From sequence record OZ196212.1: 64,000 bases of DNA; one strand, 5' to 3'. Positions 18,841 to 27,441 of the stretch are shown here, piece by piece (positions within the stretch are counted from its first letter, which is position 1; the number at the start of each line of letters is the position of its first letter). The position numbers and the translations under genes are program-made. Under the pieces are notes generated by a model that saw nothing but the letters and a program-made list of their open reading frames with translations, ran no database searches and had not been told where the DNA came from.

Positions 18841-19352
18841 TTAGTTTTGTTTCTTTTTAGTTTTCGTTTGAGCTTGCGAACTTCTTTACGCTTCGCGATT
18901 TTATCAGCTCGTCGAACCGCGTCATAATCCGCAGCACAAGACGCTGCAAACGCATCGGGCTTGAATACTGGCTCTTGACCCACATATCCGAAGATCGTGC
19001 CCTTAGCTTCGTTATACGCGACGCTAGACTTGTGTTTAGGGTCTGGGTTAATGTCAACGTGTACTTCAAAGCCGCGAGGGCCGCACATTGGCTTAACTTT
19101 CAACGCACATTCACCTGCTTTGTATACTTCGTTCATCAAGCGGCTACGAATACCATCAGTAGATGACATATAGGCTTTCTCAGTTTCGATTGTTTTGAAT
19201 ACTTGAGCGCCTTTACTGCCTTCCAAGTGAATTATGATTACAGTCGCGTAACTGATCATATCACTTTTTCGTTTACTGTCACACCCAACATAGATCGTGC
19301 TACTCGGGTGACTATTTTGAATCGCTGTTTCTACAGCTTCCCAATCGAACAT
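18828..19352 (-). CDS. RNase H-like YkuK (DUF458) family protein
   Basis: IYVGCDS...YATVIIIH...RLMNEVYKA...EVHVDIN...KS...FKPDAFAASCAAD. Confidence 0.8.
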   Translation of the reverse strand: MFDWEAVETAIQNSHPSSTIYVGCDSKRKSDMISYATVIIIHLEGSKGAQVFKTIETEKAYMSSTDGIRSRLMNEVYKAGECALKVKPMCGPRGFEVHVDINPDPKHKSSVAYNEAKGTIFGYVGQEPVFKPDAFAASCAADYDAVRRADKIAKRKEVRKLKRKLKRNKTKGRR

Positions 19353-19401
19353 GTTTCACCTCGTTACAAAAAAGGGTAGCGACGTGCTACCCTCTGTGTA
19401 C

Positions 19402-20835
19402 TTATAAAGCGTATCGGTCGACACCGACAGTCTTCAGCATGATTTTCACTGGCTCAAGCTCACCACCCAACAGCGACGTTAGAATTGAAGGGCTGCAACC
19501 CGACACTAACGCTGTGTTCGCTTCACCTGATTTAACAGGCACGTTGTCTAGACGACCACGCAAGTTCCAGAACACTAGTTGCGGCATTTCGTAGCCCGCG
19601 TTCGCATACATGACTTTGATTGCATCGAAGTTCGTAGTGTTACGAGTATGCCAGCCACCGCCAGTACGAGCTTGATCGAATTCCATATCGCTCATGATAA
19701 GCAATTTGGTTGGCATTTCGTCTTGCGACAAGTTTGCCGTACGAGCGCGTTCAAGAAGAACTTCGAAGCATCGTGTGATGTTCGTGCTCATATCTTCGCC
19801 AGATCGTTGCATGTTGTCAAGACGCGACTTCAAGCTATCACCCGTCAACTTGTGAAAGTGCGGATCACTTGAGAACGAAATGAATTGATCTTTGAAGATA
19901 CCCTCATTACGTTCAGCGACGTAGATGCCAAGAGACATCGCAACTTCTTTACAAGTCACACTACCACCGTGTTCACCGTTGATACCACAGCCCATAGAGC
20001 CAGAAACATCAACAACTGGAATCACGCGCTCGTCAGAGCCTTCCATGTAGTTCGGTAGAGCTTTCCATTGCTCATTTGCAACACGATGGTCACCCATTTT
20101 AACGCTGCGAACAACATCGTATGGGTAAACAGCACCTGCATTGATCTTCGCTTCACCTTTCACAAGCGATGTGATGTACTCACCGTATGCAGATTCAGCG
20201 TTACGACCGAATGCTTTCTGATAGCGTGCAGACGCTACAGATGGCAGTTTGCCGAACTCGATCTCGCCCCAATTACGAGCACACATCTTCTGTTCAACAG
20301 TGTCAGACAAAAGAGAGATCACTTTACGCCACTGCTTCGCGTTTACACCAATCGACTTGATTGTGCGCTTGAACACGACTGCGTTTTTGCTGCGCTCACG
20401 AGGAAACCACTTAGCAGCAAGCGCGTTTTTGTCATTGACAATCGCGTGTGTCCACAGAGTGATAGCATCAGCTTCAAGAGAAGTACCGAACGCAGATACT
20501 AAGTCATCGAAACGACCAAGTTCTGGGATCTTGCGCATAACTAGACGCGCTACTTCTGGTTGTTCTTTACACAGACGTGCAAAGATTTTGCGGAAAGTAC
20601 CGCGCTCACCTGCACCGCCACGCACGTCGCGAGACCATAGCAAGATGCGAGTTGCAAGCTCAGGGTTTTCACCGAATGCGCGATTAAACGCAGTTAGTGA
20701 CTGATCATTACCGCGCATAGCGCCGATAGTGAAGAACAAGTTTAGACACTCGTTACCCGAAGTGCTGTGTGTTACTGCACCGTTTGCTGTACGTGAATCG
20801 TTAGATTGCATAGCGTTCATAAATAAACTAGTCAT
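19402..20835 (-). CDS. DUF2828 TROVE-like/vWA protein (Ro60-like architecture)
   Basis: TSGNECLNLFF…DVRGGAGER helical N-domain; vWA MIDAS DVSGSM…SDMEFD; FWNLR…LVSG. GGAG SD supports ATG 20835. Confidence 0.82.
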   Translation of the reverse strand: MTSLFMNAMQSNDSRTANGAVTHSTSGNECLNLFFTIGAMRGNDQSLTAFNRAFGENPELATRILLWSRDVRGGAGERGTFRKIFARLCKEQPEVARLVMRKIPELGRFDDLVSAFGTSLEADAITLWTHAIVNDKNALAAKWFPRERSKNAVVFKRTIKSIGVNAKQWRKVISLLSDTVEQKMCARNWGEIEFGKLPSVASARYQKAFGRNAESAYGEYITSLVKGEAKINAGAVYPYDVVRSVKMGDHRVANEQWKALPNYMEGSDERVIPVVDVSGSMGCGINGEHGGSVTCKEVAMSLGIYVAERNEGIFKDQFISFSSDPHFHKLTGDSLKSRLDNMQRSGEDMSTNITRCFEVLLERARTANLSQDEMPTKLLIMSDMEFDQARTGGGWHTRNTTNFDAIKVMYANAGYEMPQLVFWNLRGRLDNVPVKSGEANTALVSGCSPSILTSLLGGELEPVKIMLKTVGVDRYAL

Positions 20836-20871
20836 TGCTGTAAGCTCCAAATATCAAGGATCAGAAAAATA

Positions 20872-21462
20872 ATGTTTCATATTGTATATCAAATAACAAA
20901 TTTAATAAACAACAAAATTTACGTCGGTAAGCATTCAACCGAAAACATTCATGACGAATACATGGGTTCGGGAAAGCTTTTGCTCAGAGCCATTAAAAAG
21001 TATGGCAAGGAGAATTTCACAAAAGACATACTGTTCGTATCATTAGACGAAAAGGATGCATATAAAGCAGAACATGAGATCGTGAATGAAGATTTTGTTC
21101 TCCGTGAAGACACATATAATCTCAAAGTTGGCGGTCTTGGTGGATCATCAGGAATAGAATCTCCATGCAAAGGTCGTCAACTGAGTGAAGATACTAAACT
21201 AAAAATGAGAAAAAGTAAACAATTTTCTCAAAAACATTTAGATTATCTCTCAACTAAATTATCTGAGTACAACAAATCTAGACAAGGTGTTCAAAGAGAC
21301 GATCTAAAGGGTAACTCAAACCCAATGCATCGAGGTAATTGGCATACACCCCACGGAATATTTGAAACATCAAGCGAAGCAGCGTGTGCCATAAAATGTA
21401 GTCAATCAACAATTGTTAGACGTTGCAAAAATCCAAATTTTGAGGATTGGTACATCAAATAA
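20872..21462 (+). CDS. GIY-YIG (SegD-like) homing endonuclease, antisense to flanking operon
   Basis: IVYQITNLINNKIYVGKH…YMGSG..L.RAIKKYG…YNLKVGG; NUMOD-like and C-terminal HTH-like segments. Confidence 0.9.
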   Translation: MFHIVYQITNLINNKIYVGKHSTENIHDEYMGSGKLLLRAIKKYGKENFTKDILFVSLDEKDAYKAEHEIVNEDFVLREDTYNLKVGGLGGSSGIESPCKGRQLSEDTKLKMRKSKQFSQKHLDYLSTKLSEYNKSRQGVQRDDLKGNSNPMHRGNWHTPHGIFETSSEAACAIKCSQSTIVRRCKNPNFEDWYIK

Positions 21463-21825
21463 CTATCGTTGTCTGTGCAACGATGTGCCATTCTTATGAA
21501 TTTCGATCAGAATCGTGCCGCCAGTTTCGTAGTTCGTACGAACAGAACGATAGTCGTATTTCTCAAAGAAGTTGCGAATAATAGTCGCACCTTTCTTATC
21601 AGTATCGGTAAGATGCACATCAACTTTGATGCGAATCGGGAAATCTGCGTTATTCTTGACAGCCGCCATGAATTCGCGTTCGCACTGCTTAGTGTAGTGC
21701 TCAGAAAGAACGCGACGTTCTTCTAGCACTCGCTCTTCGATGTTTTTACGTAGCTCGTCATGTTTAATCATAATTAAGAACCGTGATTTTTGTTGATAGT
21801 TAGTGTAACGTATGAATACGAACAA
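21463..21825 (-). CDS. Hypothetical protein
   Basis: Part of the tightly packed minus-strand early operon. Confidence 0.55.
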   Translation of the reverse strand: MFVFIRYTNYQQKSRFLIMIKHDELRKNIEERVLEERRVLSEHYTKQCEREFMAAVKNNADFPIRIKVDVHLTDTDKKGATIIRNFFEKYDYRSVRTNYETGGTILIEIHKNGTSLHRQR

Positions 21826-22100
21826 GAATTGTATTCACGCGGGTCAGAATCAGTGCGACCGAACTCGGCAGTGAAGTTATTAAACCCCTCTTTGCGCATA
21901 AGCTCTTTGATGATCGTCATGAACTGCGAGTTTGCTTCTGTTTGACTCTTCAATGTCACTTGAACAGTCACAGGAAACGCATAGCCATTCACTGAGTTGA
22001 TTCGTTTCTCGAACGATTTGCGCATATCGCGACCAAACTCTTCCATGCGAGTCGTCTTGTTGTTCTCAACGCGTTCGACTAGTTGTTCGTATAAACTCAT
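21774..22100 (-). CDS. Hypothetical protein, possibly paralogous to 21463-21825
   Basis: Start reassigned to MSLYEQLVERV. Both proteins share a ..ERV…F…FP(I/V)….. layout. Confidence 0.55.
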   Translation of the reverse strand: MSLYEQLVERVENNKTTRMEEFGRDMRKSFEKRINSVNGYAFPVTVQVTLKSQTEANSQFMTIIKELMRKEGFNNFTAEFGRTDSDPREYNSCSYSYVTLTINKNHGS

Positions 22101-22101
22101 A

Positions 22102-22401
22102 TTACACCCCAAGAACATTTGGCAATTGCGAAATGGTATATGTGCTTTCTTGCACACGACCGCGAAACTTCACAAGCATACGATGACTGAAGTCGTCTGG
22201 GTGCTCATCTAAAAGATCAGCATACTTCCACAAGCCACATTCATTGCGCATACTCTGACCGATTGAGTGATGATACACTGCTAAATCAGATTCATCAGCA
22301 AGAAACGCTTCACGATGCTCTTTCGGAGTATCTTGCCAGATGCCTTTTAACCAACGCTGACAGTGCGCTTCTAAGATCTTTTTAACAATTGCAGTTTTCA
22401 T
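22102..22401 (-). CDS. Hypothetical protein
   Basis: Operon packing; YHHSIGQSMRNECGLW motif. Confidence 0.6.
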   Translation of the reverse strand: MKTAIVKKILEAHCQRWLKGIWQDTPKEHREAFLADESDLAVYHHSIGQSMRNECGLWKYADLLDEHPDDFSHRMLVKFRGRVQESTYTISQLPNVLGV

Positions 22402-22766
22402 TGATAGTCCTTAATGTCGTTGTCGAAGTGACGAATGCACGAGCTATCAAGTCTCGGGCGATCATCGTCTTCAGTGATTGATGGTAGTGTGTAATTATCG
22501 TTGAACGGCTGACCGCTTGCTTTAGCGATTTCGTACGCGTCTGCACGATTGAAATACTCACCACAATAGTTGATGAAACCTTGCCCGCGATCACCGAGTT
22601 CTTTTCGATGTTCGATTGTACAGCCCGCTTTCTTCAGTGCTTTCATTACACCAGACATGTTGCGACCGAAGTGACAGCTATCAGCTATCACAAGTTCTTC
22701 AGTCGAACCATCGGGGTATGTTACGCGTATCGCGTTTGCAGCAGCAGAAATAATGTTTACGTGCAT
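22398..22766 (-). CDS. Conserved phage hypothetical protein (QGF..…R.DA..IA…GQ motif)
   Basis: GQGFINYCGEYFNRADAYEIAKASGQ motif; ATGA overlap with next gene. Confidence 0.6.
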   Translation of the reverse strand: MHVNIISAAANAIRVTYPDGSTEELVIADSCHFGRNMSGVMKALKKAGCTIEHRKELGDRGQGFINYCGEYFNRADAYEIAKASGQPFNDNYTLPSITEDDDRPRLDSSCIRHFDNDIKDYQ

Positions 22767-23113
22767 GTATCGAGCCTCATAAAAATGTTACCGATTTTCT
22801 TGTACTGTTTAGACGCCATGATCATGTTCGTCATCTTCAAGTTACCGACCGGATTGCTCGTTACAAGAACAATCGTGTACGGATAATTGCGATGATCCAT
22901 AGCGTGTGATAGAATATCGCTTCCCTCTTTGCCGACTACATCACCGAGATCATTGTCCATTAGCAACGTAATGTCAGTCAAGTTCGTGTGCTTCACGAAA
23001 TTCATTCCCTGTTCGAACGTTCGAAGTGTCAGCTTTTGAGCTGCATTCACTGTGTCGTTCGTCAACTTGTTGATGTCTCGAAGATCATCAATCAAAATAT
23101 ACATGTGTTTCAT
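22757..23113 (-). CDS. Cyclic-phosphate-processing receiver domain (cREC-like)
   Basis: ILIDDLR…LRTFE…LLMDNDLGD…GSDIL…VTSNPVG…M pattern of stand-alone receiver domains. Confidence 0.7.
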   Translation of the reverse strand: MKHMYILIDDLRDINKLTNDTVNAAQKLTLRTFEQGMNFVKHTNLTDITLLMDNDLGDVVGKEGSDILSHAMDHRNYPYTIVLVTSNPVGNLKMTNMIMASKQYKKIGNIFMRLDTCT

Positions 23114-23361
23114 TACACAACCTCTAACCAATATGCTAATTCATTTGCTGAAGCTAAAGCAGGCGTATAAGAAATCCAGTAGTCTAGATTCTGAGTCATC
23201 GACTCAAGATAGCAATACTCTGAGTCTGCGCTGAAACGATAAATAAACTCATCGTCTTTATACGCATCGACCACTTTAGAACGAGGATTGACTTTAACAT
23301 CGAACCCCGCGTTCTTAAACAACGCAATTGCTGTCTCGTGTTCTGCTTCAAGTAGCGTCAT
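23113..23361 (-). CDS. Hypothetical protein
   Basis: Start reassigned to MTLLEAEH after GAG SD; TAATG coupling downstream. Confidence 0.55.
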   Translation of the reverse strand: MTLLEAEHETAIALFKNAGFDVKVNPRSKVVDAYKDDEFIYRFSADSEYCYLESMTQNLDYWISYTPALASANELAYWLEVV

Positions 23362-23420
23362 ATTATTCTCAGTAGTTGTTTTGATAAATACAAGATACAG
23401 AAAAACTATACGAGTGTCAA

Positions 23421-23789
23421 ATGAAAAGTGAAAAAAGAACAGACTTTTCTTCGTATCTAGAGGAATCATGGATTCAGAAGAAATACACAGAGTATCAAAA
23501 TGGGGCTGAAGCGCGTGCTATGAGACGCATCGGCAAACATCTAACGCGACTGAACAAGCTTGAGAAGAAAGCCGAATCAAACAAACACAAGCCAGAAGTG
23601 CAACGATTCAACTTGATGGACATTTCATTGACGGTAAATGAAGCTAGACACGACATCAAGAAGCTTCGACGCAAGAACATGAGCAAAGACATGCACGATG
23701 AACTAATCGAAGTAGAGCGCGAACTAGACCGATTTAAGCAGTATTCCGATGAGGGATTGAACTACTTGATGATTAATCAGTTAATTTAG
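23421..23789 (+). CDS. Late helical protein, candidate internal head protein
   Basis: GATAAATA at 23383; N-terminal FSSYLEE motif; ends at a bidirectional hairpin 23792-23819. Confidence 0.55.
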   Translation: MKSEKRTDFSSYLEESWIQKKYTEYQNGAEARAMRRIGKHLTRLNKLEKKAESNKHKPEVQRFNLMDISLTVNEARHDIKKLRRKNMSKDMHDELIEVERELDRFKQYSDEGLNYLMINQLI

Positions 23790-23823
23790 ACCAAAAAAAG
23801 CCCGCTAAATGCGGGCTTTGTCG

Positions 23824-24036
23824 TTAATAGTTATGGCGTAACTTGCGATTGATCGTTTGATCAACAATCGTGGAGTACATCAAATGCTCTTTGTAATATT
23901 TCTCATCAACTCGATTGCATTGAAATTGTCGAAAGTCTTTGCGCAGTCTCGCAATGAATTTATTCAGTGCTTTGCGAACTTTGCAGACTTCGTTTAATTC
24001 CATGTTTTTCAGTGTTTCTTCAGAAAGTATTTCCAT
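23824..24036 (-). CDS. Hypothetical protein
   Basis: GAGGT SD supports ATG 24036. Confidence 0.55.
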   Translation of the reverse strand: MEILSEETLKNMELNEVCKVRKALNKFIARLRKDFRQFQCNRVDEKYYKEHLMYSTIVDQTINRKLRHNY

Positions 24037-24136
24037 GATTGTTACCTCTAGGTTATTAGACATAAAGGCGAGGTCGGGACTCGAACCCAAACATTGCACC
24101 ATTCTCACCATCGAGAAAGTTACACCATCTTACAGC

Positions 24137-24361
24137 TTAGTGTGCCATAGCTTGAAGTCTGCGCATACGATCACGCAGTTCAAGTTCAGATAAGTCTTCG
24201 ACTTTCTCTTCCACTTTGAATTCTTCTACCGGCTCGCCGTCTTTCTTAGCATTGGGACCAATGTTATCCCACAATGGCGAGTTGTGCCACGCGTCTGAAC
24301 ATTGATTACCCATACCGCGCCCTTGACGAGCACTTGATTTATCGTGAATTGATTTTGCCAT
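24137..24361 (-). CDS. Hypothetical protein
   Basis: TAATG coupling to the upstream gene. Confidence 0.55.
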   Translation of the reverse strand: MAKSIHDKSSARQGRGMGNQCSDAWHNSPLWDNIGPNAKKDGEPVEEFKVEEKVEDLSELELRDRMRRLQAMAH

Positions 24362-24585
24362 TATTCGTTTGACTTCTTAGTTACTTGTCGACCAACACCA
24401 ACTGCGGCACCTACAGCAGCAGCACCGGCAGCTTTACCCGCTTTCTTAGCACCAGACTTGGCAGCAGACTTAGCACGATCTTTCACTGACGGCTTTTTCT
24501 TAGCAGGCTTTTTCTTGTCATCGGACGGCTTTTCTTTTTCTTCGTCTAACTGAGACATAAATTGATCAAATGTTTTGTCACTCAT
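24361..24585 (-). CDS. Small Lys/Ala-rich late protein, candidate internal head/DNA-condensing protein
   Basis: TCTAAATA upstream, GGAG SD, N-terminal KTFDQFMSQLDEE, histone-H1-like K/A repeats. Confidence 0.55.
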   Translation of the reverse strand: MSDKTFDQFMSQLDEEKEKPSDDKKKPAKKKPSVKDRAKSAAKSGAKKAGKAAGAAAVGAAVGVGRQVTKKSNE

Positions 24586-24616
24586 GTGAGTTCTCCATTG
24601 TTGTAGTTAAATGTAT

Positions 24617-24997
24617 TTAGACAAACAACTTTCGGGATAGCTGCACATCGAATTCACGACGAAATGTACAACGCTCATCACCCATCAAAACATCATCAAG
24701 CGTAAAACGCTGACGCTTACGAGAAGTCGCAGTTTCCATCCAACGCGTCATAGCGTCTTCTGTATCGAATTCTAAGCGTCTGCAACGCTGATTAGGTGCA
24801 TTGTGTTGACTTCTATCGGTATACGTCTCATAGAGAAACATGCCGCGAACTAGAGCAGCATCAAGCGTGCTTCTGAACTTAACTGTCACGCCATCGATGT
24901 CATCGAACGAACGCATAGTTAAAATCACAGTCGTGTCTTTTTCTTTAGCTATTCGCTTCATCTTCTCGATTGAAACTAGCTTTTCACTTTTGAACAT
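24617..24997 (-). CDS. Hypothetical protein
   Basis: AGGT SD; ORF follows tRNA-array terminator. Confidence 0.6.
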   Translation of the reverse strand: MFKSEKLVSIEKMKRIAKEKDTTVILTMRSFDDIDGVTVKFRSTLDAALVRGMFLYETYTDRSQHNAPNQRCRRLEFDTEDAMTRWMETATSRKRQRFTLDDVLMGDERCTFRREFDVQLSRKLFV

Positions 24998-25056
24998 ATA
25001 TTGTACCTTTCATTTCACTTTTCTTCAGCATACTGCATTTTCTAACCGACATAAAC

Positions 25057-25083
25057 AAAAAAACCCGCCTAAAGAGGCGGGTT
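25057..25083 (-). terminator. Terminator ending the tRNA array
   Basis: AACCCGCC-TCTTTA-GGCGGGTTTTTTT. Confidence 0.8.
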
Positions 25084-25096
25084 CATCGTGCATAAA

Positions 25097-25288
25097 CAGA
25101 CATTCGTGAACAGTTTTAAAGTCTTTCGCATTAATCACATTTGACTTTCATGTTTAACGATACATGAATCCCTACCAACAAGTTGATAGTCGTACCTTCG
25201 AGTTTATTGCTTTAAGTCACCGAGAATGCGGCTATGCGTTACTCTATCTCTTATTTAAGTTTTGTTAGTTGGTTGCTGTACAATGTCT
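25097..25288 (-). ncRNA. Structured ncRNA E1 of the stem-NNN-CNGCR family
   Basis: 5' GACAUU-GUA-CAGCAA … AAUGUC-UG 3' closing stem, with several internal hairpins. Confidence 0.6.
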
Positions 25289-25298
25289 TTGCAAAATT

Positions 25299-25387
25299 TG
25301 GCGGAGATACTGGGAGTCGAACCCAGAGAACGCTATTAACGTCCGACACCTTAGCAGGGTGCTGTCATACCATTAGACCATATCTCC
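25299..25387 (-). tRNA. tRNA-Ser(GCT)
   Basis: Cloverleaf, long variable arm, CU-GCU-AA loop, CCA. Confidence 0.92.
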
Positions 25388-25524
25388 AGTTCGGAATGCT
25401 GCTCTCATTCTCAACTACATATTTGCTCTTATCGCTGCCGTGTAGTACGAGCTTCGCAGGTTCGCTTTCGATAATTTTAAGAGCAGGGCGACTCATACCA
25501 ACTCTATTCAAGCGAACTTGAATT

Positions 25525-25602
25525 TGGTGCCCAACCCGAGATTCGAACTCGGAACTTCTAGCGTTTGAAACTAGCGACTCTGCCAGATTGGCCTAGTTGG
25601 GC
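25525..25602 (-). tRNA. tRNA-Leu(CAA), short variable arm
   Basis: Cloverleaf, UU-CAA-AC loop, CCA. Confidence 0.85.
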
Positions 25603-25608
25603 AATGTT

Positions 25609-25685
25609 TGGTACGCGTGGGCGGATTCGAACCGCCATCCCTGAGATTTTAAGCCTCATGCCTCTGCCAATTGGACCACACGCGC
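25609..25685 (-). tRNA. tRNA-Leu(TAA), short variable arm
   Basis: Cloverleaf, CU-UAA-AA loop, CCA. Confidence 0.88.
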
Positions 25686-25687
25686 AT

Positions 25688-25761
25688 TGGAGCTCGTACA
25701 CAGAATCGAACTGTGACCAAGTGATTTGCAATCACTTATACTACCGTTATACGATACGAGC
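25688..25761 (-). tRNA. tRNA-Cys(GCA)
   Basis: Cloverleaf, U73, CCA. Confidence 0.92.
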
Positions 25762-25771
25762 AAATGTACTT

Positions 25772-25849
25772 TGGGGTGACAGACGGGGATCGAACCCGCA
25801 TTTTCCGGAATCACAACCCGGAGGTATTTCCACTTCACCCACTGCCACA
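25772..25849 (-). tRNA. tRNA-His(GTG) with genomic U at -1
   Basis: GUGGCAG/CUGUCAC acceptor, C73, UU-GUG-AU loop. Confidence 0.9.
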
Positions 25850-25919
25850 CCAAAGTACACTCTGGGACATATAACGTTTATCAACCGGACTCATTTACGT
25901 GGGTCATTCGAGCAAAGCA

Positions 25920-26165
25920 CTACTTTGCTAGTAAGTTTTCTTTCTTGAGATATATACTATCACTTGAGAGTTCGCGAGTAAACATATTTCTGAAATAAAT
26001 TTGCACATCGTCTTCAGTCGTGTTCGACTCAATTTTCTGCGCTAATTCGAGAATTTTGCTTCGCTTGTATCCCTTTCGCCAACAGTCAAACATCAGTTTG
26101 TCCATTTCTTTCAGTTTTTCGACCTGATTCGAGTGTACATATTCGCGTGTTTCAAGTAATGACAT
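25920..26165 (-). CDS. Hypothetical protein between tRNAs
   Basis: Start reassigned to MSLLETRE so the ORF does not overlap tRNA-Val. Confidence 0.5.
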   Translation of the reverse strand: MSLLETREYVHSNQVEKLKEMDKLMFDCWRKGYKRSKILELAQKIESNTTEDDVQIYFRNMFTRELSSDSIYLKKENLLAK

Positions 26166-26185
26166 AGTATATTGCTCATAAAGAA

Positions 26186-26260
26186 TGGTAGTCCCTGAGA
26201 ATTTCGAAATCTCGACCTTCGCCATGTAAAAGCGGTGCTCTGCCTCTGAGCTAAGGGACT
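26186..26260 (-). tRNA. tRNA-Val(TAC)
   Basis: Cloverleaf, UU-UAC-AU loop, CCA. Confidence 0.88.
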
Positions 26261-26265
26261 ATAAT

Positions 26266-26341
26266 TGGAACGTGTAACGAGATTCGAACTCGTACCTTCG
26301 GTTTGGAAGACCGTAATGCTACCGTTAAACACCATACACGC
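26266..26341 (-). tRNA. tRNA-Gly(TCC)
   Basis: Cloverleaf, U73, CCA. Confidence 0.92.
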
Positions 26342-26345
26342 ATTG

Positions 26346-26613
26346 TTAATCAGACGCATTGAACAAGTCTTGAATTGCTTTCAAGTTGCTCAACTCTACT
26401 TCAAGTGTTCTTATAAAGAACGGGTTAGTCTCTACAGAGAGACGATATTCAACATCGCGAATGAATCGACCGATGTTGCCCTTGCTTAGTGTAAAGTAGT
26501 CATGCTTCTTTCTCTTCGTTTGAGGTTAGAATTAGATGAACGTGTTCGTTAACTTCTTGCTCAATCTGCCATTGTTCATAGACATATTCAGCATACAAAA
26601 GTGTTTCGTACAT
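26346..26613 (-). pseudogene. Small ORF apparently split by a +1 frameshift
   Basis: AGGTG SD and ATG 26613 give 37 aa; a start-less +1 frame continues for 52 codons to TAA 26346. Confidence 0.35.
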
Positions 26614-26633
26614 AATTCACCTTTCTTAAAATG

Positions 26634-26710
26634 TGGTAGTGACTCTGAGGTTCGAACTCAGTACCAGCGGCGTATGAAACCACGACTTTACCATCATAAG
26701 CTAAGTCACC
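26634..26710 (-). tRNA. tRNA-Met(CAT), elongator-like
   Basis: Cloverleaf, UU-CAU-AC loop, CCA. Confidence 0.85.
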
Positions 26711-26734
26711 AAAGCAGATATTAACGTATTTAAT

Positions 26735-27170
26735 CAGCACACGGGCTTGACACCACATTGTTTGTGGTCTACGTGAAGAACCTCTGCACAACAATCCCGC
26801 TCTAATTGCGTTATGTGGTGACTGTCACGAGGAATCTAGTCTTCTTTAAGTGCCTTTCGGCTGTAATAAAGTACAGACAATAACGAAGTGTTTTTTCGTC
26901 TTTTACATAAATCGCAGTTGACTATCTTGTTACTCTAACAAGCAAGTATCGACTACCTCAGCGTCGCGCCTAGACTGTGTATTTCTACACGCCACATCTT
27001 TCGTTACAAGTCTCGACCTAGCACGTTGTTGCTGTGCTGAACGTCTCGAACCCACGCTAAGACCTAATCATTGTTTTAGTAGATTAGTAGTTTGGTTGCT
27101 GCATATTGTCTTACGTGACAGTCAAACACACAATGCCGAAACAATATGCCGAGACGTTCACGCTCTTATT
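26735..27170 (-). ncRNA. Large structured ncRNA containing family element E2 (26874-27111)
   Basis: No credible ORF; several 9-11 bp long-range complementarities; GACAAU-AUG-CAGCAA … AUUGUC-UG. Confidence 0.55.
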
Positions 27171-27206
27171 TTTCAAGTTCACACTATCGTAGTGACTCTC
27201 GTGATA

Positions 27207-27282
27207 TGGCATCCCCAGAAAGATTTGAACTTTCAACCCCGAATTTAGAAGATTCGTGCTCTTCCAATTGAGCTATGAGGAC
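27207..27282 (-). tRNA. tRNA-Arg(TCT)
   Basis: Cloverleaf, CU-UCU-AA loop, CCA. Confidence 0.9.
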
Positions 27283-27358
27283 ATCAATAAGATTCGAACC
27301 ATAAGATCTTGTGACACGATGGTAGTAAAGAGAGTGTCTATCTCATGTGTTCGAAATT

Positions 27359-27434
27359 TGGTGGAGCTTGAGGGTTACGATCCCTCTACTTCTCCGTGCA
27401 AGGGAGATGTTTTACCGATTAGCACTAAAGCCCC
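27359..27434 (-). tRNA. tRNA-Ala(TGC)
   Basis: G3.U70 pair, CU-UGC-AC loop, CCA. Confidence 0.92.
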
Positions 27435-27441
27435 AAATTGT

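Noticed and set aside
9599-20704. Numerous plus-strand ORFs opposite the fibre, YkuK-like and DUF2828 genes
   Set aside because: Shadow ORFs of strongly supported minus-strand genes.
25234-26794. ORF-track ORFs overlapping tRNA genes (e.g. 25234-25521, 25565-25948, 25656-25853, 26111-26359, 26265-26489, 26588-26794)
   Set aside because: They run through clear tRNA cloverleaves, lack SD sites and have non-protein-like composition.
27283-27357. Pseudo-tRNA (GGUUCGAAUC-like segment)
   Set aside because: Only a partial T loop and one hairpin; no acceptor or D arm.
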